Shown here: positions 43,801 through 57,549 of the stretch, in pieces | Layout: each line of letters starts with the position of its first letter | How positions within the stretch are numbered: position 1 is the stretch's first letter | Source of the DNA: Octopus vulgaris | Taxonomy: Eukaryota | DNA length: 64,000 nucleotides | Direction of reading: 5' to 3' | Assembly (NCBI GenBank): GCA_951406725.2 | Contig: OX597825.1 | Location: forward strand, 38,812,001 to 38,876,000 | Position numbers and translations under genes: made by a program | The notes under the pieces: generated by a model | Told to the model about the DNA's origin: nothing | Database searches by the model: none | Seen by the model: the letters and a program-made list of their open reading frames with translations, nothing else

Positions 43801-44040
43801 AGATTCAGGTTTGCTGGCCACTGCTGGAGAAGTAAAGAACTAGTGAGTAATGTGTTGCTGTGGACACTAAATCATGGTACCTCAGCGGCCGGTAGACCAC
43901 GGAAAACGTATATACAACAGCTTGCAGAAGATTTTGGATGCCAAACTGAAGACCTAAAGACACTAGTGGAAGATGAGGAGAGATGGAGAGAGGTAAATAC
44001 GCTGGCCCTGGCAATCCGCTTGACTGCATGATTCCTCGAT
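40860..44040 (+). mobile_element. Near full-length RTE-group LINE relic (APE endonuclease + RT), many stops and frameshifts
   Basis: STFTVRTL...ILCVQEH, IIGGDMNAQL, SSDHR, NYRGITLTAIAAKIYNALLLNRI, FVDFSKIF, GVLQGDTLAPCLF, LYGSPTWT, GRPRKTYIQQL. Confidence 0.9.
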
Positions 44041-44184
44041 AAAAGAAAAAATATATTATTCGATCAATGACAAGATGACAATGCGAAGTCACAGAATCCG
44101 CGAAGTACTTTCGTTGTAAGGAAATGCCATATTTTTCTTTAAGAATTATTTTGGCCGAAAAAATACGAAATGAAATACTAAGAC

Positions 44185-44435
44185 GAGGCGTGATTGTGTG
44201 GTACAAAGATAGCACAAAGTTGTGGATCCGGTCGCACAGAGTGTCTCTTAAAGTTCTATAGCACCGGATTTTCTGAAGTCTTATGAGTGGATTTAGTAGA
44301 AATAATTTGAAGAATGCTTGTCGTCTAAGAGTGTGGGTGCGCGCGCGTGCGCGTGCACGAGTACTTGTGTCTGTGTTTCTTCTGCTTGACAACCGTTGTT
44401 GATGTGTTTACGTCACCGCAACCGAGTGGTTCTGC
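44185..44435 (+). mobile_element. Degenerate SINE family A
   Basis: ttatgagtggatttagtaga...tgcttgacaaccgttgttgatgtgtttacgtc. Confidence 0.6.
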
Positions 44436-44578
44436 AATCTGTCTACCTTCGATATTCTGTGGCAAGGACTTCGTCAGGACAAATGATGAAATGGGTTTGA
44501 GAATAATCCAATATCATTCCGCATATATGTGGGAGAACATTGTCAACTGAGATTTATGATATTATAATAGAGCGTTTA

Positions 44579-44800
44579 AAGGCGGTGAGCTGGCAGAATC
44601 ATTAGCTCATCGGACGAGATTCTTGATAGCATTTCGTCTGCCTTTTAATCTGAGTTCAAATTTCACCGAGATCGGTTTAGTGGTCCATTCTATCGTGGTC
44701 GATAAAATAAGTACCAGTAGACCAGTAGGGTTGGTGTATTCTACTATCCCTCCCTTGAAAAATTGAAAGCCTTGTGCCAATAACTGAAGAATGATTTATA
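44579..44800 (+). mobile_element. SINE family B
   Basis: aaggcggtgagctggcagaatc...gagttcaaattt...ggtcgataaaataagtaccag. Confidence 0.85.
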
Positions 44801-45849
44801 TTAGCCATTCTATTTTGTGTAATTCTTGCATAGCAGAACTGCAGGAAGCAAGTAGTAAATGCATAGACGCAGAAATTTTAATTAAATAAATTTAACTTAT
44901 ATTTTATGGCTATGCATTTCGATAGAAGAGACTAAGTTCAATATTCTTCAATTACAACAATAAAATATTTGCATAGAATTTGATTGCGAGCAATAAATTC
45001 AAGTCTTCATTGAGAATGAATTCTATCAGTCTTATAATTTTCTGCTAACATAAATCATTAAGGTATATCTAGTTTGTAGTTTATACATAGCAGCTCCCAA
45101 AAGGCTTGATCAAACTCCTTGATTCTGACATGGCAATTATATAAAATGTTTCGTTTCAAGAGTACCCACACATAGACACAAACACAGACACTCATAAACA
45201 CATGCATATACATACACACGTACGTTTATATATATGTCTACCTATGTACGCATGCATGAGATGAGCGTACGCCCAGCCTCACTCGCTCTTTCATTCTCTC
45301 TCTCTCTCTGTCACTCACACACACACACGCTCACACGCAACTGCACGCGCACACACACACACACACACACATAAAATGATATACGTATATAGACAGTCCC
45401 TTACATTCTATACTGGAATTGAAAGGATGAAATACATGTTATGTCAAAGAAATAAACTATCAAGAGAACATAAAATGAATACAAACCCATATATTGAAAA
45501 TCCAAGAAGTTAATAGGATCAATATAAACAAACCAAATACTTGATATGATTTAAGTATACATATATCCAGTCTAATAAAATGCGTTATATGTTTGTGTGC
45601 CTGAATATGTATGTTATGAAAGTTTGTTATATGCATGTGTGTATGTAGGTCAGGTATTATTTATGCGTAAGATATTCTTGTCTAGGTAGGAGCATATACA
45701 AATATTTATAAATTATATTTAAATTTATGGTCTGCTGACTTCTTCAAAGACTTCTGGCTGCTGTGTAGCTCTGTCGGTCATATAAATGATACTTGTCTTA
45801 TATATGTTGCAAGGAAAGAGAGAATGAAATAGAGGAAAACAAGAAGAGG

Positions 45850-45897
45850 ATGATAATGATGATGATGAAGATTCTTATCATTATTATTATCAGTAAT

Positions 45898-45957
<60 letters not shown>

Positions 45958-46022
45958 GTTATTGTTGTTGTTGTTGCTGTTGTCATCGTCGTCGTTGTTG
46001 CTGTTGTTCGTCCTATTGAAGC

Positions 46023-46058
<36 letters not shown>

Positions 46059-46062
46059 CATG

Positions 46063-46109
<47 letters not shown>

Positions 46110-46120
46110 CATTATTATTT
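45850..46120. repeat. (ATT)n/(GTT)n trinucleotide tract
   Basis: Directly visible. Confidence 0.95.
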
Positions 46121-46124
46121 TATA

Positions 46125-46757
46125 TAGCGAAAATCGACGCACCACTTTCTAGTAGCAGCGAAGGAAGGTATATCTTTCACTGCTTAGTGGCTGTAGCAAA
46201 AGGCGCTGTCTGTGGACCCGTCTGAAACTTTTGATGACGTTCACTTTCTTTTGTGGCCAAGCCTTCATCAATTTTTTTCAAATATCATTTAAAGAGGAAA
46301 GTGAAGGTAGAGAGAGGGAGGTGCTGTCTTCTAGTGTGTTTATCAAAAAGTGGTCGATAGTGGCAAAACTGGTGAGAGTGAATAGATCGACTCTGACTAT
46401 GTTTTTTTAAACAGGAGGAAAGAAACTGGAAGAGGGTACTTGGCCATGCTTTGGGGATGGAAGGGTAATCCGGAATTTTTTTGCGTGAGATATATCACAG
46501 ATTACTCTAACTGGACAGCCTCACTATTAAGGATTCTAATTGTTTATTTGTTTGTTATTTATTTCTCTATATTCTATTATATAGTCTCTGTTATATTCCT
46601 TAAAGTGGTAGTATCTCCCTTTGATTGATGTAAATATCACCTGTTCCTGTTTTTTGGTTTTGTATATTTTTCGTTTTTGTTTTGTTTTTTTTTTTGCTGT
46701 AGCTCGTGCTTCGATATTGCTCTCCATGTTTTGGGCGCTTGGGACGAATAAAATAAA
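46125..46757 (+). mobile_element. 3' fragment of a Tx1/L1-type LINE
   Basis: EGRYIFHCLVAVAK...FFKYHLKRKVKVEREVLSS parallels KGRAIFIILVAMA...FKYHLKRKVRVERQVLS of the element at 52777-54717; ends AATAAA then (ATT)n. Confidence 0.75.
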
Positions 46758-46788
46758 TTATTATTATCGTTGTTGTTATTATTATTAC

Positions 46789-46876
<88 letters not shown>

Positions 46877-46879
46877 GCC

Positions 46880-48960
46880 CCATGTAGGCAATAAAGAAAT
46901 AATAATAATTATTATTAATGATGGTCTCTTTTCATAATAACATTATTTCAGCTGCCTTTGTACTGGGTATTCTTCGGAGGCCAAGAGTAGCAAGGACACT
47001 TTTGTTTCGCTATACACGCTAAAATTATCACCACATTTATTCCATTTTAGACGAAGTGTGCTTTCTCTACTGTATAGGCTGTACCCATCAAGGTTATCTT
47101 TTTGCAGTTTACAGAGATTGGAGTTACCAGCGAGTTGCTTAATATACTTCTCAGCTCCCTTCTTTATCATTCCCAATGCACTATTAACTACTGGTATTAT
47201 CGTAGTACTAAGCTTCCACATTTTTGAGATTTTAATTTGCAGATCTAAAGATCTGAGACAGCTTTTCGTATCCTTTTCTTGAGGCATTTTGATCTTGTGG
47301 GACTGACATATCTATCAACAGACAAATTCCTCTGCTGATGTCCTTGATCACAATGTCTGGTCAATTCGAATCAATTTGTCTGTCTGCTTATATTGAGAAG
47401 TTCCAAAAGATAGTGACGCTCTCGCCATTTACTACATCCTCTGGAAGGTGCCTGTATCACTTATCATAGGATTTAATTTTGTAGTATTTACGAGCATTCC
47501 AGTGGATGTACTGCCCTAGTCTGTCATGTCTTATGAGATACTCCTTTTCAGCGAGGAATGGGCAGCAAGAAACAACATGTTCAATTGTCTCTGTGAATTT
47601 TCCACAAATTCTGCATGAGGGATCAGATCCGTTTTCTAAGGACGTTTGCATGGTAGTTTCTGGTTAGTAAGCTCTGATCTTATGCTGCAATAACAAATCC
47701 ATGTATTTCCCATTTCAAACATGTCTCTTGTAGCTTTTGGTGTGTTAGATTTTGATCAATATCTGGTTTGGACAGGCAGTTAGGGTATTTTCCATGCAGG
47801 AATTTGCCTTTCCAATTGTCTTCGATATTATTCATGCAAGCCATCTTTGCTATTTGTTTGATATTTTTTGATTCCACAATAGGTTTGTCACTATTTGGAT
47901 CTCGTTGGTCTTTCTGATTGTTAATTTCGAAATCAGGAGAAGCAATGATAGGTCGGTCAGTATTTGGGTGTCTTTGGTCTTTCTTATTGTTAACTTGTAG
48001 GCCAAGAGACTTTTTAAAATTTCTGACTAAGCTTCATGATTGAAGCTTGCTTGGAATCTTCATGCTTCTAGCGGTTCGAAAGAGCATATCACTTTTTGTA
48101 TTAAGGTACGTTTCAAGGCCTATTATTGCCGATTTCAAGGATTGTTTGAGCTGCATCAAGCCTCTTCCAACTATTTTTCTTGGGAAATAAATCCTGTCTA
48201 TATCTAATTTTGGATGATGCATTCAGTACATTTTTCATCTGTGTTTAGGAAGAGATATGTAATCCCTTCGGCAAGCCACTTTAGGGTTTTCGTAAGGGTT
48301 GACATGACTTCCTTGTGTGCTACAGCCAAATTGTGGTGAGTGCTCATTAAAGAGTTTAATCCCAAATTTGGAATCTTCTCTATGCCTGGGGATTTTAATT
48401 TCTTTGACTTGGCTAGCGCCGATTTCACTTCTTCAGTTGTTATATACTGCCATTCTTGATATTTGATGTGGGCATTGGTCTTTTCTATATCGCTCACCCA
48501 CTGTGCATTCTAATTAAACTCCGTTATATTAATCCAAATGTTTTTCTAAACATCTGTTTCCTGCTGGAGAGTAGGTGTTTTCCCAAAAATGATATTTTCC
48601 CCCAGTTCCTGTAGAATTTGTTTATTTTCTCCTTGAATAGTATGTTTTGTCTAAGGGATGCTGAGCGTTTTTTTTTTGTACCTTGCAAGTCGTTTAGTTT
48701 TTAATTGCAGTTTTTATTTGAGGATTTCAATCAGTGTAACCTTTGTTTTCTTGTAAAGGCCATGTTTAGCAGTTATTCTTATTCGTTTGTTGGATTTATT
48801 AGTTTTCCCTTTGCTTGCTCCAATTAGAAAATATATATCTGCCCTTAGTTGGATTATTTGCCGGTTTATTCTTCCCATCCATGCAGGCTGTTTGTGTATA
48901 TTGCTCTATTTTTTGTCTATCTTTAATTTTAATAGCTCATTTCTCACTGATTTTTAGAAA
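46880..48960 (-). mobile_element. R4/Dong-like element with zinc knuckle and restriction-like endonuclease, RT core deleted
   Basis: KSPGIEKIPN, MHHPKLDIDRIYFPRKIVGRGL, LHGKY, CRICGKFTETIEHVVSCC...RHD, PDIVI...IDMSVP, IIPVV.SALG; 3' end lies next to (AAT)n on its own strand. Confidence 0.9.
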
Positions 48961-48999
48961 ACAACATTTGGAGTAGTCCAAAGTAGTTTAATCAGAATG

Positions 49000-49245
49000 C
49001 ACGTTGGGTCAGGGATACAGAAGAGGCCAATGCCCACACCAATTTTAATACCTCATTTCTAAAATTCTAATTGGGCCCCACCTGCAAGTAATGTGCTGTT
49101 TATCTTGATATGAGATGAACATGTCGCGCACACATTGTTGTGGTGCATGTGCCTATTGTACCCTTATCAGACGCGTAGTCACTGATGCGTATACTGGGCT
49201 TCGTATATTTTACCCCAGTGTCATGCACTGCTCTCTCACTCAATC
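49000..49245 (+). mobile_element. Unclassified interspersed repeat with (AAT)n tail
   Basis: Homologous to 36100-36290; ends ctctctcactcaatcataataat. Confidence 0.6.
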
Positions 49246-49949
49246 ATAATAATAATAATAACAATAATAATAATAATAATAACAACAACAACAACAACAA
49301 CTATAATAATGATGAACATTACGACGACGTCGACGACGATGATAATTGTTGATGATGAATATAGCGGAGATGTCATCGTTTTTGTTGATGGTGGTGACAA
49401 TGGTTCTTATGAGCCAGTATGGCAAGATCTAATCAAAGAAATATGGAAATGTATCTCCGCTCTCCAAAGAAGGAAAAGTTTCACTGATAATCGAAAGGGA
49501 GTGTCGAAAGGTTATACAGTTCACGAACTGAAATATTACGATTTTAAAATGTTTCTATTTGCTAACAAATGAATTAGTGACACACTAATCAAGACAGTCT
49601 ATAATTAGAAGGATCTAAAACATCGATGATTACTGAGAAGGCAATTCCACACCTCTTTTCGTTTAACCTTTTCTTAAATTGCGAACTGTTTCGACCAAAT
49701 AAATGGATGTATACGCTTATGCCACGCTCGCTTTCTTACTTTTGACAGGCTATCAAACGTGGTGACAGAGTCGATCCAGCACGTCTTTTCTTTTCCACCT
49801 CCTACACATTAATTCTCATGAGAGCAGACGTGAATCACAACACCGAACAGTATATATACTGTAGCACTGAGGGTACTTCAGGTTGTCCCAAGGAACAGCC
49901 ATTAGAGGTTGTATTCTCCACTGAGTTGGCAATGTAATTTGGAAGTCGG

Positions 49950-50200
49950 GCAACCTGCTGTCAAAGTTGGACATTTTCATGCAAATAGTGACTAGAGGGA
50001 TCTCAGGTGGACGTCCAAAATTCCGATTTTATGATAATCTCATTTTATGAGAAATCCCTTGCAATAATTTGGAAGCTCTTGCTGTTAATTAGAAGGCTTT
50101 GAAGACCGTGTCTTCAACTGGAATAGAGCTCTTTTAAAGTGAATGCAGTAGACTGCATGTTGTGACTGTATGTTCAATTTTCAAAGTAGGAAATTCTGCC
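49950..50200 (+). mobile_element. RTE/BovB-like LINE 3' fragment
   Basis: GGRPKFRFYDNL...NNLEALAVN*KALK resembles GRPK.R.KD.L...WE.LA.DR..WR. Confidence 0.45.
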
Positions 50201-50313
50201 ATATCATTTAACCACTTTCGTTTTTGTAGATTTCTGCCGATATGTCTTAATGAGCTTTTGGGAATTGTGACATGAAAAAAACTTTAATTCACCTCTGTTG
50301 TCAGAGAAACACT

Positions 50314-50347
<34 letters not shown>

Positions 50348-50399
50348 TTTCTCATGCTGTCATGCATTAACTCGCTACTAAAAGAAAGAAACTGATAAA

Positions 50400-51150
50400 T
50401 CCTCCAAAATGTGCTCAAGCATGTGTTTTGTGTTTCTCTGACTGCGGAAGTGTGAAATGTCTAACAACACTGTTTTGGTTGTTTTGAAAAAATTAACGAT
50501 GAAAATGGACTGCTGAAAAAGAAGTATACTGTTTCACACAGTGTATGATTCCCCAATGTCTTTGTATATTTTACTTTGACTGTTTGGAGCGTTCAAATAT
50601 AGTGAAAGTCCAATAAACTGCATTTTTTTCTTTTTGTTCATTCAGTTGTGTGTTATGAGTTTGTGAGGACTTTTTGTATATTGTAGTCTTCCATTATGTA
50701 TGGAAGCTGTTTTGAATCTCAAAATCTAAAGTGGTTAAATAACGCTCACTTTGTGTTGTTATCAAATGATACTCCAAGCAGTTTAATCAAAACATGCTCC
50801 ACGCAGTTTAAAGTCAATCCGTGTCCCACGAATCCAATATCGTCTTGCCTCTCTAAGTACGAAGTTGTCACCCACCAATTCGTCCACTTGAAACTGTTCC
50901 TACATCATGTTGGTTATGGAATCTTCATACACGACACAGTACTCCCAAGTCTAAATTAAAAAGACATGTCACTCAAGAGGTCTATATTTCATAATAATTG
51001 TTCTGGAGTTGCCATGTGTGAAGTAAGCAGAATAGGTTTTGTTTGGTGTAACTGTTTACTTTCACCTTTGAATGCAGATATCCAGCATCTCAAAACTGTC
51101 CTGAAATAAATCACTTTCAATGCTGGTAATAAGTAAATTATTATTGTTCA
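50400..51150 (-). mobile_element. Possible CR1/L2-like RT relic
   Basis: IKLLGVSFDNN and HFRSQRNTK on the minus strand; very decayed. Confidence 0.3.
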
Positions 51151-51606
51151 AATGAAACGCTTTGTGTTAACGTAAATTGAACAGTTTCCTAATAGAACCT
51201 CCTCGTTTCCCAACATCCGGCCAGATATATCGTATGGAGCAAAGTCGTGGATGGACCTGTTTAAGATCGAGGAGATGTGAGAATTCTAGTAATTTACGTA
51301 CTGGCTACGTATATTCATGAAGATGTGAGCGTGGATGCTTTTCATAATGCCATGAATGTCGGCAAATTGGCCCTGAAGAACACAGCTGAGTGATTCACCG
51401 ATCGAATAGTTATTGAAAGAGTATGTTAGTTAATTGTGTCAATGGTGTATTCACAGCAAAATATAATGAAAGAAGCGAAATGGCGTGAATGTATATATCC
51501 ATTATAGGTATGATAATACTTCAAAAACATAACACTATGCACATATGTAGTGATATATACACACACATACACACACACACACAGATATATATATATTACA
51601 CATGTA

Positions 51607-54600
51607 TCAATTTGGTAAGAAAGTTCTTGGACACTTTTAACATATCAGTTTATCAACAGTTATAAAACAACAACAATGAACATTCAATCCAAGAAGTAAT
51701 CACCCTCGTTTTCGATTACCTTTTGCCGTCTTTCTGGCAAAGTTTTGAATACTTTCATCCAGAAGTCGCGTGGCTTTGAATCAATAAAATTGTAAAGGAA
51801 AGATTTCACATCCTTTTCAAACTGAACTCTGTATCGCCAGTTGCGCGGTGCAAGGCAGAAAATAAGTGGTAGTCAGAAACGGCAAGGTCAGGAAAGTAAG
51901 GTGGAAGCACCATAATCTCCCAGCCCGTCTCCTTCAGCTTCTCTGAGGTCTTCTTTGCACCATGTGCTGGCGCGTTGTCTGGATGGTAAATTATCTCCTT
52001 CAAATTTGACCGTTTTTCGGCCAGCGCAATTTTTACGCGGTCGATTTGTTCGCAGTAGACATCCTTGTCAACAGTTGTATTGCGTGGGAGAAGATCAAAC
52101 ACGATTACACCTTGGCAATTCCACCAAACTGAGATCAAAACACTCTTTTGCACAAGTGGTCATTTTGGCGACGGTTTTGGCTGTTGACCTTTGCTACACC
52201 AGGATCGTCTGCGCATCACGTTGGAGTACAGTGCCTACTTTTCATCCATAGTGATTACTGACTCCAACCAATCGAATCTTCTGCTTCAGCAGATCAGATT
52301 TTGACATGCAGTGACACTTACTTGTGTGTTTGCTTCAGTCAGTTCAGGTGGCACCAATTTTCCAAGCTTGCTGACCATGCCGAGATGATGTACGTGGTTG
52401 ATGATCATGAAATAGGAGACGCCAAACTGTACCGCAAGTTGACGTGTAGTTTGCATTGGATCGGCTTCGATCTCTTCCGGGCGCCCGCCTCTAGGTTGCT
52501 CTTCCAGTAAATAATTGTCAGATTCAAAGCGCTGATACTAGTTACCGCAAGTACTTTTCAAGACAGTGCAAGGGCCAAACGCTTTGCAGAATTAGTTCAG
52601 CTGCGGCACGCACAGATGTGCCATGTTTGAAGTGATACAGTATGAGACCACGCAGAGCCAGCTATGGAAGTGCAATATTTTGAGCTATTTTGCAAATAAA
52701 GTGATTTATTTCTGAAATAAAACAACTGAAACAGAACGCTAATGAGCAAATAGAGTGATTTTTAGTCTTTATATAGTCACAATAAGTTTCTTTATTGGCC
52801 ACACAGGGCTGCACACAGATGAGACAAATTACAAAGTAGAGCTTTTCGTTTGGGGATTGAAGAAAACCCCAAAAAAACAAAAAACAAAAGAAAAAAAAGT
52901 GGCGTAGGTTTTCGATCAAAAGGGATCGTAAAAGGGGGAAATAAAAGGGAAAACAAGGAAAAGAAACAAAAGAAAAAAAAAAGGAAAAAAGAAGAAAAAA
53001 GGGGAAAAAGGGGAAGAGGAAAAAAACGATCAATAGGGATCGTGTATCACAGTGTCATGATGTACGGTGTAAAGGGGAAGCAGATAATGTTTATCATTGG
53101 GAAGAAAAGCCTACGAAAAAGAAAACGGTAACCTCGGTCAAAGTTGTTATATGTTACCACATTTGTTTGCAAGTGGGTAACCCTCTATTTTCAATTTCTG
53201 GGTTCATAGGATTATGCTCAAGGTGGCTTCGTCATTCATACGTGCCATCCTTGCTACATTCACCCATCATTTTTTTAAACATTCGTTAGACAAAACTTGC
53301 CTCTCTACTCTCACTTTCCTTTTCAAGTGGTACTTGAATTGACCAGAGAGGAAAGTGTTTGTCTCCAATCCTTTCAGACGCGTCCACCAGATGCATTCTT
53401 ACGCCATAGCCACAAGGATGATGAAAATAGCTCTTCCTTTCCGTTTGAAGGAAAGAGATGTGACAATATTGACGATAGACTCAGCTGATAAACCGACTCG
53501 TCCCACACGTGACTGTAGTTGTTCGACATAAGCCCAAAGGTCGGGAATTGTTGGACACTGCACGAGTGCGTGCAGAACGGTTTCGTCGCTCTGACCGCAT
53601 CTCGAGCAGGTCGGCCCCGTGTTTCTCGAGCCGTGTCTGTAGAGCTTATCCCGAACGGGTAGCGCTTCTCGGTAGCACTGCCAGGCCAGGGACCTCTGGA
53701 AGTTGTCCATGGGCCCTGGCCCGAAAGTCGTCCCGAACAGGCGGGTCAGGTATTCCACGTCGACGTCCAGGTTCGCCCCAAGATCGTCGTCGTACCTCCC
53801 CTCCACTAATCCCCTATAGAATGCTTTGGTTGTGATGGAGTCACTCAAGGTCGACCCGGGACGGCAGAGTTGCTTGAGAGCAACGCGACATTTGCGGTGC
53901 CAATCGCCCTTCCTCGGCATCTTTTTGATCCACGACTGCAGTTCGGTCATGGAGACTAGCTGCGGGAAATCGTGCTTCACAAACGGTGACCACACCTGTT
54001 CCCCGTCGTCTACGTAGAGCCTGAGATGTCGCAGTCTCAGCACGTGTCTGCGCATCATCAGCCACGGCATGCCCAGTTCTCCTTTTAACGAGTGTTGACA
54101 GCAAATGGATCGCCTGACCATCGGGACGCATCCTTTCCACAAGAAGCGAAAGAGAATGCGTTCTAGTTTGGTGATGGTAGGGTCGGGACAAGGCACGACC
54201 GTCAGGCGGTAGTAGATGACGGACGCGATGTACGTGTTCGCCACCTCCGCTCGACCTTTATGGGACAGTTTCCTCTCGGCCCATTGCATGGCGAGAGTGA
54301 CCACCCTACTCGTTAACTCGTTCCAGTTCTTCTCCACTTGGAGGTCCGGACCGAACCAGACCTCGAGCAACTCGACCGGGCCGTCGAGCAATTCGCGCCC
54401 CTGTTCATCTACCAGAGACCGAATGGTGGCTTTGTTGCCCTGTTGCGCCTCTGCCACCCGGGCCTCTCTCGCGGCTCCAACAACTTCGTTTCTTACAGCA
54501 CGCATCCTAGCTCTGACAGCACACCCTTCGTGTTTGGCGTTGAAGTGTTGGTCGAGGGCCAACCTCGCCGCCAAAACGTCGGATGCGATGCCGCCTCTAA

Positions 54601-54744
54601 TTGCCTCTTCTAGCTTCTTAACTAGCTCACCCTCTACTCTATAGTCGCAATAGATACGCTGGCTGCTCCTGGCTGGTCGGCAACACTGATTGGTTGCGAG
54701 ATTGAAGGTGGCTTGGTTGTCCAAGAGCTTTCTTACCAATATAA
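51607..54744 (-). mobile_element. Mariner transposon (D,D34D type) interrupted by a LINE inside one TIR
   Basis: TIRs TA-tcaatttggtaagaaagttcttggaca (51605) and rc TA-ttatattggtaagaaagctcttggaca (54746); transposase remnants VITMDEK, VLISVWWNCQGV, HPDNAPAH, PPYFPDLAVSDYHLF in 51700-52660. Confidence 0.9.
52777..54717 (-). mobile_element. Tx1/L1-clade LINE, 5'-truncated, in-frame deletion of RT core
   Basis: GC-rich; ORF 53399..54790 has GCAVRAR, WAERKLSHKGRAEVAN, LFRFLWKG...GELGMP, WQCYREALPV, CSRCGQSDETVLHALVQC; 3' UTR ends AATAAA near 52795. Confidence 0.88.
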
Positions 54745-56278
54745 TACATACATTGGTATACGTAATTGAAATGCACGCATACCCACACACGTGTGTGCCT
54801 GTATGTGTCTGTTTTAGTATGGATGTATCTATTTGTGTCCATATATTATAGTTAATTCATGGGGATATATGTGCAACTTTGGAGACCGAAATCCTTTTAA
54901 TATTACATATCGCACGCCATATGTAGCAATATTATTTGCTATTTCACACCTTATGATTCCTTGCCATGTATTTGCCAACATAAAGCGTTCCTTATTCGAA
55001 TTTATAGTTGACAGATTTCTACTGCTGTCGTAAAACCAGTATATTTCTGTATCCCATTTAATCTAGCCACCTTTCCTTCACTTAATTGCTGAATTCTTCC
55101 ACTGGATAAATTATTATTCATTCGCTTCAAAATAAGTCCAACATATTTTCGGTTCATTACGATAATATCCATTTGATATTGCCAACATAAGAATTATGAA
55201 AATACAATTCGTTGAAATATTTTTTTAAAATCATTTCCGTTTCATATTTAAAAGATAATTACATTCCTGACATTTTGACTGTCATTCATTTCAAACATTT
55301 TAGTTATTTCTTAATGTATCAAGCACAGAAACATTTCTTAGTGAAAAGATTCTACTTACTATTCATTAAAACAGCATAAAATAATAATTTGATGCTATAA
55401 ACGTTTCAAATAATTTGTTTATTGTTTTAAGTGTCAATCACATAACATTTACGGAAAATTATTCATTGAATATATATTTATTCACCCATTTATTTTCTAT
55501 ATATTGAAGATAATTCTTTTTGAAAAATTTCACCATCATTTATTTCAATTTTTTTATTTATTTATTTAAGTATCAATAGTAGAAATGTCTCTTATTGTTC
55601 TCCACGTTCTATTTTGATACAGCCAGAGTGACATTATAATATACTTGTTACTATGAACATCTATCACATGTTTCAACTATTTTGTCAGATTTCCCATTCA
55701 TTGTTTATATTTGTAATATTGTTTCCTTTGTAATATTTTGGATGTCATTCTGTTCATAAACGTGTATAATGATTTAATTGTCATTCAACGAGTCAATAAA
55801 AAATCACAATGTTAATTGTTCAGGGCAGAATATTTTACATGATAAAGAAGGAATACATCAAGATTTATCTCTGGAAAGCGATAAAAAAAGAAGACTGGTA
55901 GTATTGGGAACAGATCCTACCAACTTCGCGAAGTTACAAAACAATGGAAAGGCAAGATGCAGCAAATGATCAGTAGTCGTATCTCACTTTCGGATAGTTT
56001 ACTTGTACAATTATATGAAACATGAAAACAAATAGCAGAATAACACCACCTTATAATGTATGACCCATAGGCCTTCAATGAAGTACGCTTACCGAAAATC
56101 TGGGAAGAAAATGCCACAAAATGGCAATACATTTCACTGCAGCCAATAGCATATAGTGTAAGCAATTACCCAAATATCATTTGTTACTCTTTTACTCGTT
56201 TAGACAGGTATCTATATTTACATGACAAAAGTTTGGCTACATTATAGAGCAAGTTAATCAAAATATGAAGTACCATAC

Positions 56279-56350
56279 GGCGCAGGCGTGGGTGTGTGGT
56301 AAGAAGCTTGCTTCCGAAAAACCTGATTCCGAGTTCAGTCCCACTCCGAC
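56279..56350 (+). mobile_element. SINE family A head, truncated
   Basis: ggcgcaggcgtgggtgtgtggtaagaagcttgcttcc...gagttcagtcccact. Confidence 0.75.
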
Positions 56351-56428
56351 TTTATATACCACACTAATCTGTTTTCCTTTGTCTCGATACAACCATGGTA
56401 ACTGATCAAACGTATTTCACATTTCCTC

Positions 56429-56816
<388 letters not shown>

Positions 56817-57549
56817 TGGTTGCTTTTCTTGTTGTTGTTGACATCGATCTTGTTCTTTTTTTGTAGTCGTTGGCGCAAGGAACAACAAACTTTAACCAAA
56901 ATTAAATATCACAAATGAATTAACATGAACATGGATCTATTTAGAAAGACAAATTATCTCCAATGGATGATGATGTTTGACTTGAACAGATGACAAACTT
57001 CAAATAATGATCAGTAACTAAATTTGCAATTAATAAATGATTATTTTGCGTTGGACAACAATCCTATACTAAATTACAGTACGACTAAAGCAATAGAACT
57101 CTTCTTATTTCAACTAATCTTTTGTCCCACTCACACGCGTGAGTAATGAATCTGAACAGTAACTGGAAAGTGGGTATTTACATTTAAAAACGCAAAACCA
57201 AAAGGGTCAGCAAAGTCATCGCCGTGTGTTAGAAGGAAAATGAATGTATGGGGTGGAAAAATGCATTTCAATTTTTTATGCTTACAATTAATCGTTTTAG
57301 GAACAGCATATAATTACTGAGGGTTAACAAGACGATATGAAAACATTAACTAAGCGATAGGCACTTTGTAGATTACTGTAATATTACAAAAAATTGCTAA
57401 TCCTACTTTAATAATACATAGGGCATCACACATATTTAAAAAATAATTATATTGTTGCATATTGTACAGCAAATGTACATAACGTACAGCAAATAATTGA
57501 GAAACGCTTACAAAACATGAGGACTGGAACATTTCTACCACATCTCAAT

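Noticed and set aside
53399-54790. 463-aa ORF as a host gene
   Set aside because: It is LINE ORF2 sequence with the RT core deleted, a start in flanking simple repeat and a premature stop; recorded as a mobile element.
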